Shown here one piece after another: positions 14,871-27,103 of a DNA stretch of 64,000 bases. A program made the position numbers and the translations under genes. How positions within the stretch are numbered: position 1 is the stretch's first letter; the number at the start of each line of letters is the position of its first letter. Under the pieces are notes generated by a model. It did not search any database. It was not told the DNA's origin and was given only the letters and a program-made list of their open reading frames with translations. This DNA comes from Paraspadella gotoi (Eukaryota; Animalia; Chaetognatha): the NCBI GenBank assembly GCA_051294375.1, contig CM119265.1, positions 7,574,629 through 7,638,628 on the forward strand, read 5' to 3'.

Positions 14871-15316
14871 TAGAGAAACAGAGGGATAGGAGAAAGTAAA
14901 AGATTTGTCTTTAATGACGTCACTGGAGAAAGAAAAAGCAAGAATCAGGAGACAAGAGAAATGGAAAAGAGAAAAGAAAGAAGAGAAAAAATAAACTAAG
15001 GCAAAGAAAGAAGAGGATTAAAAGGAGAGGGTTTATTCACTCAGGTGAATAAAATGAAAAGAGATGAGAGATGAAGCAAAGAAAAAAGTCGAAGCGTGAA
15101 TAAAAAGGGGACGTCAAACGNNNNNNNNNNNNNNNNNNNNNNNNNNNNNNNNNNNNNNNNNNNNNNNNNNNNNNNNNNNNNNNNNNNNNNNNNNNNNNNN
15201 NNNNNNNNNNNNNNNNNNNNNNNNNNNNNNNNNNNNNNNNNNNNNNNNNNNNNNNNNNNNNNNNNNNNNNNNNNNNNNNNNNNNNNNNNNNNNNNNNNNN
15301 NNNNNNNCTTCAAAGA

Positions 15317-15703
15317 ACTTACCTTGTTTGACTCGAGACGAACTTCTGGTTCGCCGCGCCGAAAAGTAAGGCGGAGTGTCGGGGAAAGATTGATTGAGGG
15401 GTGTCTAAGGCATAATTGCAAAAAGAGAGTGGCAGAGGCTGAGTAGCAGTGGTGTGACAGTGAACTCGGAGGTAAACAAAGGGATGAGCGTGACAGCGTG
15501 ACAGCCTTGTATTAAATATATTCCCAAGAAATAATTGAAAATTGGCCATTTAAAGTGGCATCGATGCTCGCGTCCTCGAATTGCGTCTATATTTAGAACG
15601 GATCGCCCGTCGATGAAACAGGGAAGTCTATTTATAAACGACGGACGCTGATTAGACGCCGTCGATGCGAAGCGTCATTAAGATGGAACTCAATCCAGCC
15701 AAT
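15317..15703 (-). promoter_or_regulatory. Candidate cis-regulatory module or minus-strand first exon
   Basis: TGACAG at 15455, 15491 and 15499; TGATTGA 15391; GTAAACA 15472; CTATATTTAG (MEF2-like) 15587-15596; minus-strand TATAAATAG 15628-15636; CCAAT 15699; minus-strand donor AG/GTAAGT at 15317-15324. Motif inference only. Confidence 0.3.
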
Positions 15704-16470
15704 CAACGCCGATTTTTTTCCCCTTTTTTTCTCAACGAATCTCTCGTTCTCCTATTCTTCCCCAGTTCTCGATGAATTCTTTGTTCTCGTCTACTCTGTA
15801 AGTAAAAACCTCTATTCTCGTTAGATACGAACCTTTTGTTATGTTATATAATTTCTTTTAATGCAACATTTCGTTCTCCTCCCCCTTTTAAGAACAGAAC
15901 CTTTGTTCTCCCCCACCCATTTTACCCTCAAACCCTTTCTCCTCTTTCTCTCCTCCNNNNNNNNNNNNNNNNNNNNNNNNNNNNNNNNNNNNNNNNNNNN
16001 NNNNNNNNNNNNNNNNNNNNNNNNNNNNNNNNNNNNNNNNNNNNNNNNNNNNNNNNNNNNNNNNNNNNNNNNNNNNNNNNNNNNNNNNNNNNNNNNNNNN
16101 NNNNNNNNNNNNNNNNNNNNNNNNNNNNNNNNNNNNNNNNNNNNNNNNNNNNNNNNNNNNNNNNNNNNNNNNNNNNNNNNNNNNNTCCTTTCCTTTCCTT
16201 TCCTTTCCTTTCCTTTCCTTTCCTCGTATCTCCTGCCTCCTTTTATACCGGGGGATGCTCGTCCGGTGCCTCCATGATTTGGGTGAGGAGAGAAAGGTGG
16301 GGATAAATGGGTCAGGTGAGGGCGTAACGGGGTGACGGACTGGGTGAGGCTTATTTTTAAACAGGGGTGATTAGATCATCACCTGAGAGGAGAATGTCAA
16401 GTGATAAGGTTATTATCTCGTCGCGTGGGCGGGGGAGACAGAGAGAGAGAGAGAGAGCGAGAGTGAGAGA

Positions 16471-16512
<42 letters not shown>

Positions 16513-17193
16513 TGATTGATTGATTTATTATGCTCAAAATGTGAATGTTTAACACAGTAACAATGTAACAGTTAATGAGCCGTACATATACATGTATGTA
16601 CACATTTTAAAGAAATGTAAATAAATTAACAAAACAAAAAATTACAAAGTGGACTAATTATATACATAGTTTTAAATTTCAGTAGAGAGAGAGAGAGAGT
16701 CTTATATATTCAATCAAGCATTTAGTATCTTTTATTTTTCTTGTCTTGATTGACTTTTTTTTTCTGTGTGATAATTATTGTCAATTTAATTTTGGTATTT
16801 TATTTAAATTTAATATCTATTTTTTTTACATTTACTTGAAGAACGAACAATTAAACACAAGACGATGATTGTGATTACTTTGATAAAAACATATAAGGGC
16901 TTCGACGACGACGACGACGACGACGACGTCAAAGAAAAAAGAACAAGCAAAGAATAAAAAATAAAAGAAAGAAAAAAAAATAGGCTGCTCAGCAAGATTT
17001 TGTCTTTTGCATATCGATCCAAACTAATTCTCGAATTAGCGAAGAGACAAGAAACGCTTTTCAGTTTTGTTTATTTGCTCAACATGAACCAAAAAGAAAG
17101 AAAGAAAAAAGAAAGAAAAAAGAACAAAAGAACTAACAATCATTGGCCTCTCGTTGCAGAATAAATATTAAACTTATCAATTAATTATTTTTT

Positions 17194-17194
<1 letters not shown>

Positions 17195-17284
<90 letters not shown>

Positions 17285-17350
17285 TATTTATTTATTTATT
17301 TATTTATTTTTTTATTTATTTATTTATTTATATTTATATTTTTATTTATC
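17195..17350. repeat. (TTTA)n microsatellite
   Basis: Direct reading. Confidence 0.95.
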
Positions 17351-17748
17351 TTTCATTCTGACTTGGAAGGTTATTTCTTCTTGTCCTTCCCGCCTAAATC
17401 CAAACAAACGACTTGATTAGGACGGCGCCAGCGCCTCTGTCGCCCGATTCGAGAAACAAAAAGGAAAAAAAAAGAGAAAAGAGAGAAAACCGCAAATGAA
17501 GTTAAAGTTGAAAGGGAGGGAGGTACAAAGAAAGATGCTGGGGCAGGGAGAGAGAGAGAGTGGGAGGAAATGAACAAACGCGTCTGTTAGTGAAAGAGAA
17601 TAAGGCTCAGACAGAGACAGAGACAGTGAAGCAGAAGCGGGAGAGGCAAGAGTTCGAGAGGATTTCAAAAAGTAGAAAAAAATCAATGTCGCTAAAAGCG
17701 AGATTTTCCTCAGCCTAAAGGAAAACAAGTCTTCTAGTGAAGAAGATA

Positions 17749-17825
<77 letters not shown>

Positions 17826-17890
17826 TGTCTTCTATACCGCTCTTCCTATAGGTTTTCAATAAAAAAAAAAGAAAGCTCCAAAAAAGAGGT

Positions 17891-18708
17891 TGTTACGAAA
17901 TAACTATCTTTAATATTCGAGGAAATCCAGCTTCTCTACCTTTTCCCCGTTGCTCTTTTGCTCTTTATTACTGACATCGAAAATGCCACCGTTCTAGCGA
18001 TCGACACGACATCTTTAGGCTCTTTCTTTTGTTTCTACTTAAGTACAGAATTCCGAAGGCAGTGTACAGCTGATTCTGATTGGTGCCCGTGATTTCGATA
18101 GATTTCGATTAAGATTCTTATCGAATTCTGGCCACGTGGCATCTTCAGATCTCAAAGTTGTCACTGGGTTTTTAGTTCTTTTCAGAGCTTATTTAGAAAC
18201 TCTTTTATCAGATATCTCGGAATCTTATTTTTTTGTGTGATCGCTGGTTTGGTGGACTTTTCTATGAAGAGAAGCATCTCTTTTTGGTTAATATTGGCTT
18301 CAGAAACAAGTAAGAAAGACACTTTAAAATTTATATATATTTGCTGAGTTTGTACTAAATGTTTTGTTATTCTTTGCCCAGGACTTCCAACAAGCTTCAA
18401 CTACTACAGACTACGACTTCTTCCAAAGACTACTACAACAAGCAACCGCAAAGACTACAGACCTTTCGTCAAGTCCTGGGCTTAGTGGACAGTCGTCATT
18501 TCGGCCTTAGCCGACGTCGTCTACTGAGACTTTGTCGTCAGCATCTCCAGGGCGTCTGGACCGGCGCCATCGTCTCTTCTGCGCCATTTTATACCCAATT
18601 CCAGTCAGTTAGAATTCAAAGACGCCACTTCTCCGAACTTAGTTCAAAACATTAGAATGGTAGAGAAGCTGGATTTCCTCGAATATTAAAGATAGTTATT
18701 TCGTAACA
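17891..18708. mobile_element. Non-autonomous TIR element with TGT...ACA ends (Ginger-like), 818 bp
   Basis: Perfect 50-bp TIRs at 17891-17940 (TGTTACGAAATAACTATCTTTAATATTCGAGGAAATCCAGCTTCTCTACC) and 18659-18708. 5-bp TSD GAGGT at 17886-17890 and 18709-18713. TGT termini with 4-5 bp TSDs fit Ginger2/TDD; the superfamily call is inferred. Confidence 0.88.
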
Positions 18709-19544
18709 GAGGTGTTGAAAGGAAAGTAAAAAGAAAATATAGAAAAGCGAGAGAAAAGACAAGATTCTCTCATCAATGAATCTCTCTCTCTCTCTCTCTC
18801 ATCCTCTCTCTCTCTCTCTCTCTCTCTCTATCGGCAAAGTCGGGCCTTGTAACCAGCTACGTTTTGCTACAGACACCGCAACTTTATTAGATTTAGTTGC
18901 TGCAAGTTGTTTCACTGTCGCCAAAACTGCGTTGTCAACAACACGTCGTTGATTCGTGTTAGAGCTCAAATGTTTGAAGCATCGGTCGAATGTTTCAAGA
19001 GAGAGAAATCTTTTATTTACGTACGTGAAAGCTTCATTATAATCGATGTTACTAGTGGTAATACCAAGAATAGTATAAGTTTGATAATTGATAAGCTAAT
19101 ACTATCTATTAGTTTTAATTTTGATCAAGTCGTTGATCCTCATTGTGTCAACCCTGATCGAAAAAATCGTTGCTATCTTGGCTCGGGCCGATCTGTATGT
19201 CCGTAATCCACGTCTTAGCCATATGTGTGCAAGCTTGGCTGCGACGGCAGCGCCACCGCGTCGGCAATGAGTCAAGCACTTGTTTACCAACTGCCTCGAA
19301 TTCTGACTTTTAGCAGTTTCCGGTTGTTAATTATTCTCTTCAATGTCGAAAGAGGAAAAGAGAGACGGAGTGATGGCTCTTTTTTTTTGGGGGGGGGCAT
19401 ATCATGGCCGAACTCGATGAACGAGGGAATGAAGGAAGGAAGGAATGGAGGAATAAAGGAATGAACGAAAGAATAAAACAAATAATGGAAAGAATGAAGA
19501 CATAAACAAGAATAGAAATCAACAAATTTACAAAGGAACAAACT

Positions 19545-19651
19545 AATAAATAAACAAATAGATAAACAAAAATTAACAATAAACAAACAAATAAACAAAT
19601 AAACAAATAAACAAATAAACAAATAAACAAATAAACAAACAAACAAACAAA
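19545..19651. repeat. (AAACAAAT)n repeat
   Basis: Direct reading. Confidence 0.9.
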
Positions 19652-20937
19652 TTAACCAAGGAACGAACGATTTATCGAAAAGAAGAAGTGGGAAAAAAAT
19701 GTAAAGTCGACGTCGAAAACGACAAGACCGTCTGAGACAATGACGACAACAACAGCGACAGCGAAAACGACGACGACGACGACGATGAAGACGACGACGC
19801 CGACGACGACGACCGAGACGACCTCGACGGATCTGTTTATGTTTGCTTTCGTTTTCACCGAATTTCAAACGATCATGCGTCAGGATAAACAGAACGAACG
19901 AACAGGCAAAAAAACTCGAAGCTCGATTACGAGGTCGATGGAGAGACGAGGGAGGAAGAGGGAGAAAAGAGGGGAGGTGGGAGGGAGGAAAGGAGGAAAT
20001 GGTAAAGGGAAGGAAGAAGAGCGTTGGTGATTTAAGGAAAGAAGGAAGGAGAGAGATGGAAAGGAAGGAAGAAGAAGGAAGAAAGGAGGATAGAGAGAGA
20101 AGATTCGTTAAGAAAGTAGAGTTAAAAAAAAAAAAGGAAAGGGAGAAGGAGAAAAGGTAGAAGGAAGGAAGAGTCACAATTAGAGGAAATAGATTAAAGG
20201 AGAAAAGAAAAACGGAAAAATCCCAAAGGAGGGAAGAGAGAGAGCGGCAGTGAATGGGGTAAGAAGAGAAAAGAAAAAGGGCCAAGACCATGTGGGGCGA
20301 AGTAGGGTTAAGAGGCCAGGAAATTCAGTTTTCGCTTGGGTTCGAAGCTTCTGCTCCTGTTGATCGCTCCAGTTGATCCCTCGGCTGATTGGAGTTGGGC
20401 TGAGCGACTCGCCCCGACTGGGGGAGTTTTTTTTAGAGGAAGGTGAGTTAGTTTAGGTCAGTTTCTTGATTTTTTGGGTTTTTTCCCTCGTTTTTTGTCT
20501 TGTCTTTTTTTTTCGTTCGTTCGTTCGTTCGTTCGTTCGTTTGAAGGGTAAACCTGATATGGTATTATATGTTATGAGAGGTGATGTGAGGAAATACGTC
20601 AACACATAGAATGTTCAAAAAGAGAGTTGGATAAGAGCTTATTTATTGAATAAATATATAAATATAATAATTAACATAGGTATAATAATATAATATTACA
20701 TGATAATAAATAAAAATAATAAATAAACCATAAATAACAAATGAAGAGAGAGATGCAAAGAAAAATGGACATCCAGAAAAAAAAAGAAGGAAAAATAAGA
20801 AAAAAAAGATCTTAGAAATCCTGTCAGAAATTCTTTGTGTCAAAATAACAAATGATCTTCTTTATGAAAAAAATAAATATACATTTGAGAAAAGCTGAAA
20901 CTAGAATTGAATCGTCAGGCCTTTCTTGTGGATGAGA

Positions 20938-20970
<33 letters not shown>

Positions 20971-21303
20971 AGAGAAGAGGAGAGAAGACGAGAGCAGAGA
21001 GATTATGAGAGAGACCCCGAGACAGAGAAGTGACGGAAGGTAAAGACAGGAGAGGAGAGAAGAGAAAAAAGATAGAAAAAGAATAAATAAAGAAAAGAAG
21101 AAATTATAGAAAGAAAAGAAAGAAAAAAAGAAAAAGAAAGAAAAGAAAAGAGAAAGAAAAGAAAATGAAAAGATGAAAAGAGAGAGAAAATAGCAAGCAC
21201 CATTGCAAGCAAGCAGCGGTTGTTCCAATCCGCCAAGCACAAGGAAATGCAAAGACTGAAACCGGATGCCTTGTTTCCCCCCCCCTCTCTCTCTCCTTCT
21301 CTC

Positions 21304-21348
<45 letters not shown>

Positions 21349-21648
21349 AGCGAATTTCTCGCCCGGTTGTCTGCTTCGTTTCCATAGAAACGCCGATGTT
21401 GTCGTTAATCCACATTGATTAAATCACAAAGTGTAGAGGAGGAGGACTGGGATGGAGGAGAGGGAGGAGCACGAGCGAGAGGAGAAGAGGAAGAAGAGAG
21501 GGAGGACAAAGTGAGAGGAAGAGAGGGACGGAGAGGAGAGGAAGTGAAGAGAGAGAGCAGAAAAGAGAAAAAAGCAAAAGACTAGTGCCGTTCTCTTATT
21601 GTTCTCTTCTCCTTCGGCGACAAGCTTAGAACGTGAGAGAGAGAAAGT

Positions 21649-21701
<53 letters not shown>

Positions 21702-21904
21702 GAGAGAGAGAGAAGAGAGAGAGAGAAAAGAGACGACGCTAAACGTCAGTGAGCTGAGGTTCACATCCTCCGGTGAAATCGGGGCACAAAGGAGATTTAC
21801 TTTGTATCAAAACTGTGATATGACAATTTTTGTGATAATGAAAATTTTAGCCAAATGACATTTTTTTTTTATTTTCACCCCGCCTATAAGCACAAAAAAC
21901 CTCA

Positions 21905-22095
21905 GTCGTGATCGGTGGCTCATGGAGTAATACCATCTTTAGCTCATGACCATCAGGTACGGGATCGATCCCAAGCCTGTACCTACCTTCAGGGCCTGGA
22001 AAACCCTCAAACAAGGTTCCATGCACAGAACTTGTTCTCAGTGTTCCATGCTGCGAGACAGGATTTAAAAAGTTGCGGATAGCAACTCTTCGGCC
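21905..22095 (+). mobile_element. Possible tRNA-derived SINE (degenerate Pol III head)
   Basis: A-box-like GGTGGCTCATGGAGTAA (21914-21930) and B-box-like GGGATCGATCCC (21961-21972) at tRNA-like spacing, followed by a non-tRNA body. No complete cloverleaf; 3' end uncertain. Confidence 0.45.
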
Positions 22096-23789
22096 CACTT
22101 AGCGCCTTATCTCAATTTGATTTAAGTTTAAAAGTTATCGTCAGTAGTTAAAATAAAAATGTAACAATCGTTTACATCGTTAGAAAAAGATTAACTCTAT
22201 AGTATTCGGATTAGACATTGTAATGTATTTTCATAATAACAAATAAAGGTGGCATTAGCGCCATAAGCGATTGCGCCATTAGGCGGTGTTAAAAGCGGCA
22301 TTAGCGCATTAACAATTGCGCGGCATTTGAGATTAGAAAATCTAAAACATATGCGGATTTTGGGATATTGAGGTGAGCACCGTGATAAAAAGCAGAAGGC
22401 GGACTTGCAATTAACCGATGGAGTCGTGCCACATGAAGAGGGTAGCCAAGCTGTCCCTCCTCCGACTTCGAAAGTAAGAACTTCTGCTGAGTCTGTAACT
22501 TAGATTCCAGGGAATGCTACGCGACAAGGTTTAATGGGTTTGTGAGGCTTGTCGTCTTGTCAACGCGGAATGCGGAGAACTGCACAAGGACACCACAAAA
22601 GAACGACCGGGTCTTTGCGTAGACACACACCTTTTCCCAGAGAAGACTCGGACGAAGTCCAAAGTGAAATTATTGGTTGTGGAAAGGAACAAAATTACTT
22701 CACAGCCTTGCTGAACCAAAGGCTATCATAACAGCGAGACTGCTGACGGGACCTATTTGCCTAAATCCACAGTGCCTCAGAATTGCCCCGAAAAAGACAA
22801 AAGGGCAGGAAGCAACACTCCGGAGTTGAAAGTGTGTGGATGTCGACAAGAGGGGTTCTCCCAAAGTGGATAAGTCGATGCACCAGTGTGGTGGGCGGAT
22901 TCTGCAGAGAGCTGCTCGGCGCGGCAGCGCATCGGTGATTGCCCACAGGGCAGCCACGAACGGAAGTTCTGTACGGGAGGCCGGGTCGACCACGGAAGGC
23001 ACCTTAATGAGTGGATCTGTACGAGAGAGAGGCACACAAGGCGACGCAGGCCGGTCAAATGATCATCACATTCTTACACCAGGTAATGGCAAAATAATAA
23101 CGGTGCTCTAAAAGGCTGAAATAGAAACGAATAAATGAACCAATCGGTAATCATAATACAGAGAACGGAAATGTTATTTGATAAGAGTCTATAATGAGTT
23201 CAAAAGAGTCTTTGATGAATCCGCGAAAGTCCTCGGTGATTCGCACGAGTTTTCGCTCCTACCATATATCACGCATATTAAATAAAATAAATAATATAAA
23301 CTAAAATACGATTTAGTAAAACAAACTAGTAAAAATTAATGAGACCCGACTGACAAAGTGACTGTCCGACCGTCCAAAAAGGGTCAATCCGGAAAACGGA
23401 AAAAACCCTGCAGCAGAAAAACCCATATTTTTCATCTCTTTCTACCTTATTGCTTTTTTTTTGCCTTTTTGCTCTTCTTCTGCTCTTTTTCCCTAGCAAT
23501 GTCTTTAAAATTCCAATGCCCGCTAAGAAATTATTTTGCTCTCTCCGTTTCAAAACGCAGTCGAAAACTTTACCTTATTGTGGAAGTATTTTTAGAATTC
23601 GCCCGTTAGTTTGACTCACATTTAAAGCCATTTATTTTTTTTTGAATTATAAGGTATTTATAAAAATTTCAGATTAAAGCAGATTCCAAAAATGTTATCC
23701 TGAAATAAGACTCTGGATAAGTAAGAACTCGGAGAAATGATGGTAAGGCGTATATTAAGAAAAACGATAAAAAAAAAATAATAAAAAAC

Positions 23790-23965
23790 AGGAGAGCATA
23801 GGACAAAAGTATACAAAATATGGGTAAACATTTCAATATTTATTATGCTTCCTCGCTTCGACTACTGCCTGCATTTGTTTGGGCATGCTCTCATACAGCA
23901 AATGAGGTATGAGAGTGAAATGTTTTTTCCACATCTTTAACGCAATTCTTTTCAGACCCGATGTT
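23790..23965 (-). mobile_element. Tc1-like transposase C-terminal relic with 3' end
   Basis: Minus-strand translation LKRIALKMWKK...LYESMPKQMQAVVEARKHNKY* resembles the Tc1 C-terminal pattern L..SMP.R..AVI.A.G..TKY*. It is followed by TGTATACTTTTGTCC, reminiscent of Tc1 TIR ends. Confidence 0.75.
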
Positions 23966-24415
23966 GATGTTGCATGTCTTTCCCTCTTTTTTAAAGGTAT
24001 AATAGCACTTTTTGAACCAAAAAGAGGTGCAAGGCCTTTAGCTTGCAAAATTAAAAAATAAATAACTAACTCTATTGAAATAAAACAAATAATTAAATAC
24101 CAAAAATAAAGGAAAACTAAATTTGATTTTTTTCGCCATTTTTTTATTTGAAGTAACAATTTTTTTGGCCTGTAACATCTAAACGATTTGACCTACAAAA
24201 AAAAATGAAGAAACCTACTGAAAGGAAATTTAATGTAGATCCGGAAACATTCTGATTTCTTTTAATAAAACAAGATTTCGAGTAAGATATCCTTTTATTA
24301 AAAACGTATATCACTTTCTTCTAGATAGTATCGTCTTATCAAAAAATAAGAAAAAGAGGGAAGTGAATCTAGGAATTGAAAGATGAGAGGAAGAGAGAGA
24401 GAGGAGAGAGAGAGC

Positions 24416-24464
<49 letters not shown>

Positions 24465-24525
24465 CAAAAACCAGAGAGCAGCAATAAAGTCAGAACTTAC
24501 AGACCGAACTATTCTATCTCTCTCT

Positions 24526-24575
<50 letters not shown>

Positions 24576-25187
24576 GAATAGAAAAGAACATGAGGTGAGA
24601 TATGGTTGCACGTAAAACATATTCGCTTTAAAAAGTTTGTGAAAAATGGGAAAAATCTTGATTATATATTTTTTTGCCTGAAATTGTCGTTCGATTTTTA
24701 ATAATTAATGCATGCGATAAGGAATATAGAAGATGAAGAATAAAATGTTTGAAAAATATGTTAATATTTTGAGATATTTGTTATTATGAATAGACCATTC
24801 TGAGAATAAAGCGCAAAGTGGATTGAAGAGTACTATGTGACTTTTCTGAACTTTTGTGAACTTTTGTGAGGATTGTGAAGGTATTTTAGACGTCACGCCC
24901 TGGAGGACCACGTCGTTGATTCGCACGTAACGAAATGTACTAACTTGAGTCGCACGAGATAAAAGTAGGATATCGGAATATTTAAAACGTTTGTTGAGCT
25001 TATTAAAACAATCCCTCGGAGACTCCGTAGAACGAAGTTTCTCCGGGCCGAACAATTTTGGTGAGATTCAATCGAAACTAAAAAACGTGCTCGCAAAAAC
25101 TCTCGAAATCGAGTAGGGAGAAAGAGATACAAATACTACTTATCCAAAACGTCTTATTCTGAACTATCCTCAACTTCTTTTAGCCCC

Positions 25188-25620
25188 TATAGCAGCCATG
25201 GAACGGGTCCTGGCTTGGAACCAGGCCTTTAAGTTCTCCAGGCCCCCAAGGCGGTTTCGTCGCAACGCTTCCCGTTTTGGGGATCAATCCCGGGGTCTAT
25301 TGGTCATGAGCCGATTATTTGACTGAATGGGCCACAGGGTGACGACTGAAGGTATCATTGCAGATGGAATCAAAACCGAAAATGGAATTCGGATCCGCGA
25401 CTCGGGTAGAAACCCCGGAATCCGGATCCATCTCTCATTGGACGAAACATTGGCTTCATTGCCATTGTAAACCGTATCGATGATCCGATTGCTCTGTATA
25501 AATACTTGCCTATTTTTGTACTGATTCATTCTGCCTAAATTCTGACACTGTCTTTGCTTGTGACTTTCTAAGAAAATAAAATCATTTTGGTTTTATGTTT
25601 AAATCCTGTCTACTTAAATG
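25188..25620 (+). mobile_element. LTR-like segment of an LTR retrotransposon (5' boundary uncertain)
   Basis: TATAAATA at 25497-25504 and AATAAA at 25575-25580, then a tRNA primer-binding site immediately at 25621. No canonical CA end and no TSD identified. Confidence 0.6.
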
Positions 25621-25665
25621 TGGTGGCAGCGGTGGGATTCGAGCCCAACCCTTCCGATGTGACTG
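25621..25665 (+). other. Primer-binding site complementary to the mature (CCA-tailed) tRNA-Leu 3' end, extended
   Basis: TGGTGGCAGCGGTGGGATTCGA is the reverse complement of TCGAATCCCACCGCTGCCACCA (metazoan tRNA-Leu AAG/TAG type, recalled from memory). Looser complementarity continues through CCCAACCCTTCCGATGTGACTG. Confidence 0.85.
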
Positions 25666-26848
25666 CTTCTAGGCGGGTGAACTTAAAAGAATTCCCCGAC
25701 TACATTTCTTGACTCCAGTTTTTATATTTCTATCTCTTTANNNNNNNNNNNNNNNNNNNNNNNNNATTTTCAATTTCTCATACCCTAACTTTTAGGTCCT
25801 CTTTTTTGGGGTCCGTCCAGTTCTCTCTCCTTCTTCTCTTCCTCTTCCTTCTTCTATCACTTTTCCTCGTCCCTTTCTTCTTCCTCTTTCTCGACTTTTG
25901 TTTCCTCGGATGAGTTTGTCCCAAAGAAATGGCACGAAAATGTCAATTCGAAAAACTAGAAAAAGGGAAAAAAAGAAACCGCCTAAAAAATGGGTTGAAA
26001 ATCGAAGACACTACAGTAAAATCTGAGATCGTTTAATGAAAATCCTTATTTAAATCAAAAATCATAAGAAATCGAGGTCAACCATTCTGCGCTCTGGATA
26101 TAAAACGTGCTAAAAAATGTTCTCGATTTTTCAACTTTTTTTTTTCTGAAAACCTGAAATTATTTTTCGGGTGCCAGATTGTATTTCAGATTTCTGTCCT
26201 AAATTATTTCCATAACATTGATAGAAAGTTAGAAATAAATAATTTTCGCGGGAGAAGACCCGAGATTGCAAAAAAAGTCGAAAAAATGTTTTTTTAGAAA
26301 GTGTATAGCTAAAATCAGTACAAAACAGACTGGCCGTTGCATGAATACCTTATCAATAACGTCCTTCATCTTTCAAAAGTACTAATGAAAAAGTCATGAT
26401 TTTTTTTTTATAAAACACGACACCGTAATTATCCATAGACCACGGATGTAAACAAAGTCCCCCACTTCCCGCCCCCTATCGGCTTTTCCTCACCCGCGCG
26501 ACGCCCTTACCTCCCGAAAACCCCTCGAGGCTGGAAGGAAGGGAAAAAAAGTGCAAAAAAAAAAAGGAAAAAAAGAAAAGAAATGATATCCTCGGCTGTT
26601 TATTTCCACGCCTCCGTAAAAAGCCGTTCCACCGATTAGCGCCAAGAAATCGCGTATTTACATAATGATCCTAATTTGCGCCTCGGGCGGGCAAAGAAGG
26701 GGGGGAGGGAGAGAGAGGGTGAAGGAGAGAGGATAGGAAAGGGAGAGAGAGAAGAGAGGAAGGGACGGAGGAACGAGAAAACGACGAAGGAGACTTGGGA
26801 ATTGAAAGAAAACGTTTCTCTCTCTCTCTTTCTCATCTCTTCTCTCTC

Positions 26849-26895
<47 letters not shown>

Positions 26896-27011
26896 ACTCT
26901 CTCTCTCTCTCCTTTCCTCGGCGACAGGATGGGAGAAAATCCCGAAGAAAAGACTAGTGCCCTCGGTTTCTTTCTTATTGTTTTTACTCTCCGGGCGACA
27001 AGAGAAACGAT

Positions 27012-27103
<92 letters not shown>

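Noticed and set aside
18120-18155. Hammerhead candidate CTGAAGA-TGCCACGTGGC on the minus strand
   Set aside because: No GAAA core after the hairpin.
23991-24320. TTAAAGG-starting Kolobok/piggyBac-like non-autonomous element
   Set aside because: No matching right terminus or TSD could be found.
25621-25700. Intact tRNA-Leu gene on the minus strand
   Set aside because: Only the 3' ~45 nt is present, it includes CCA, and the anticodon arm, D-arm and 5' half are missing.
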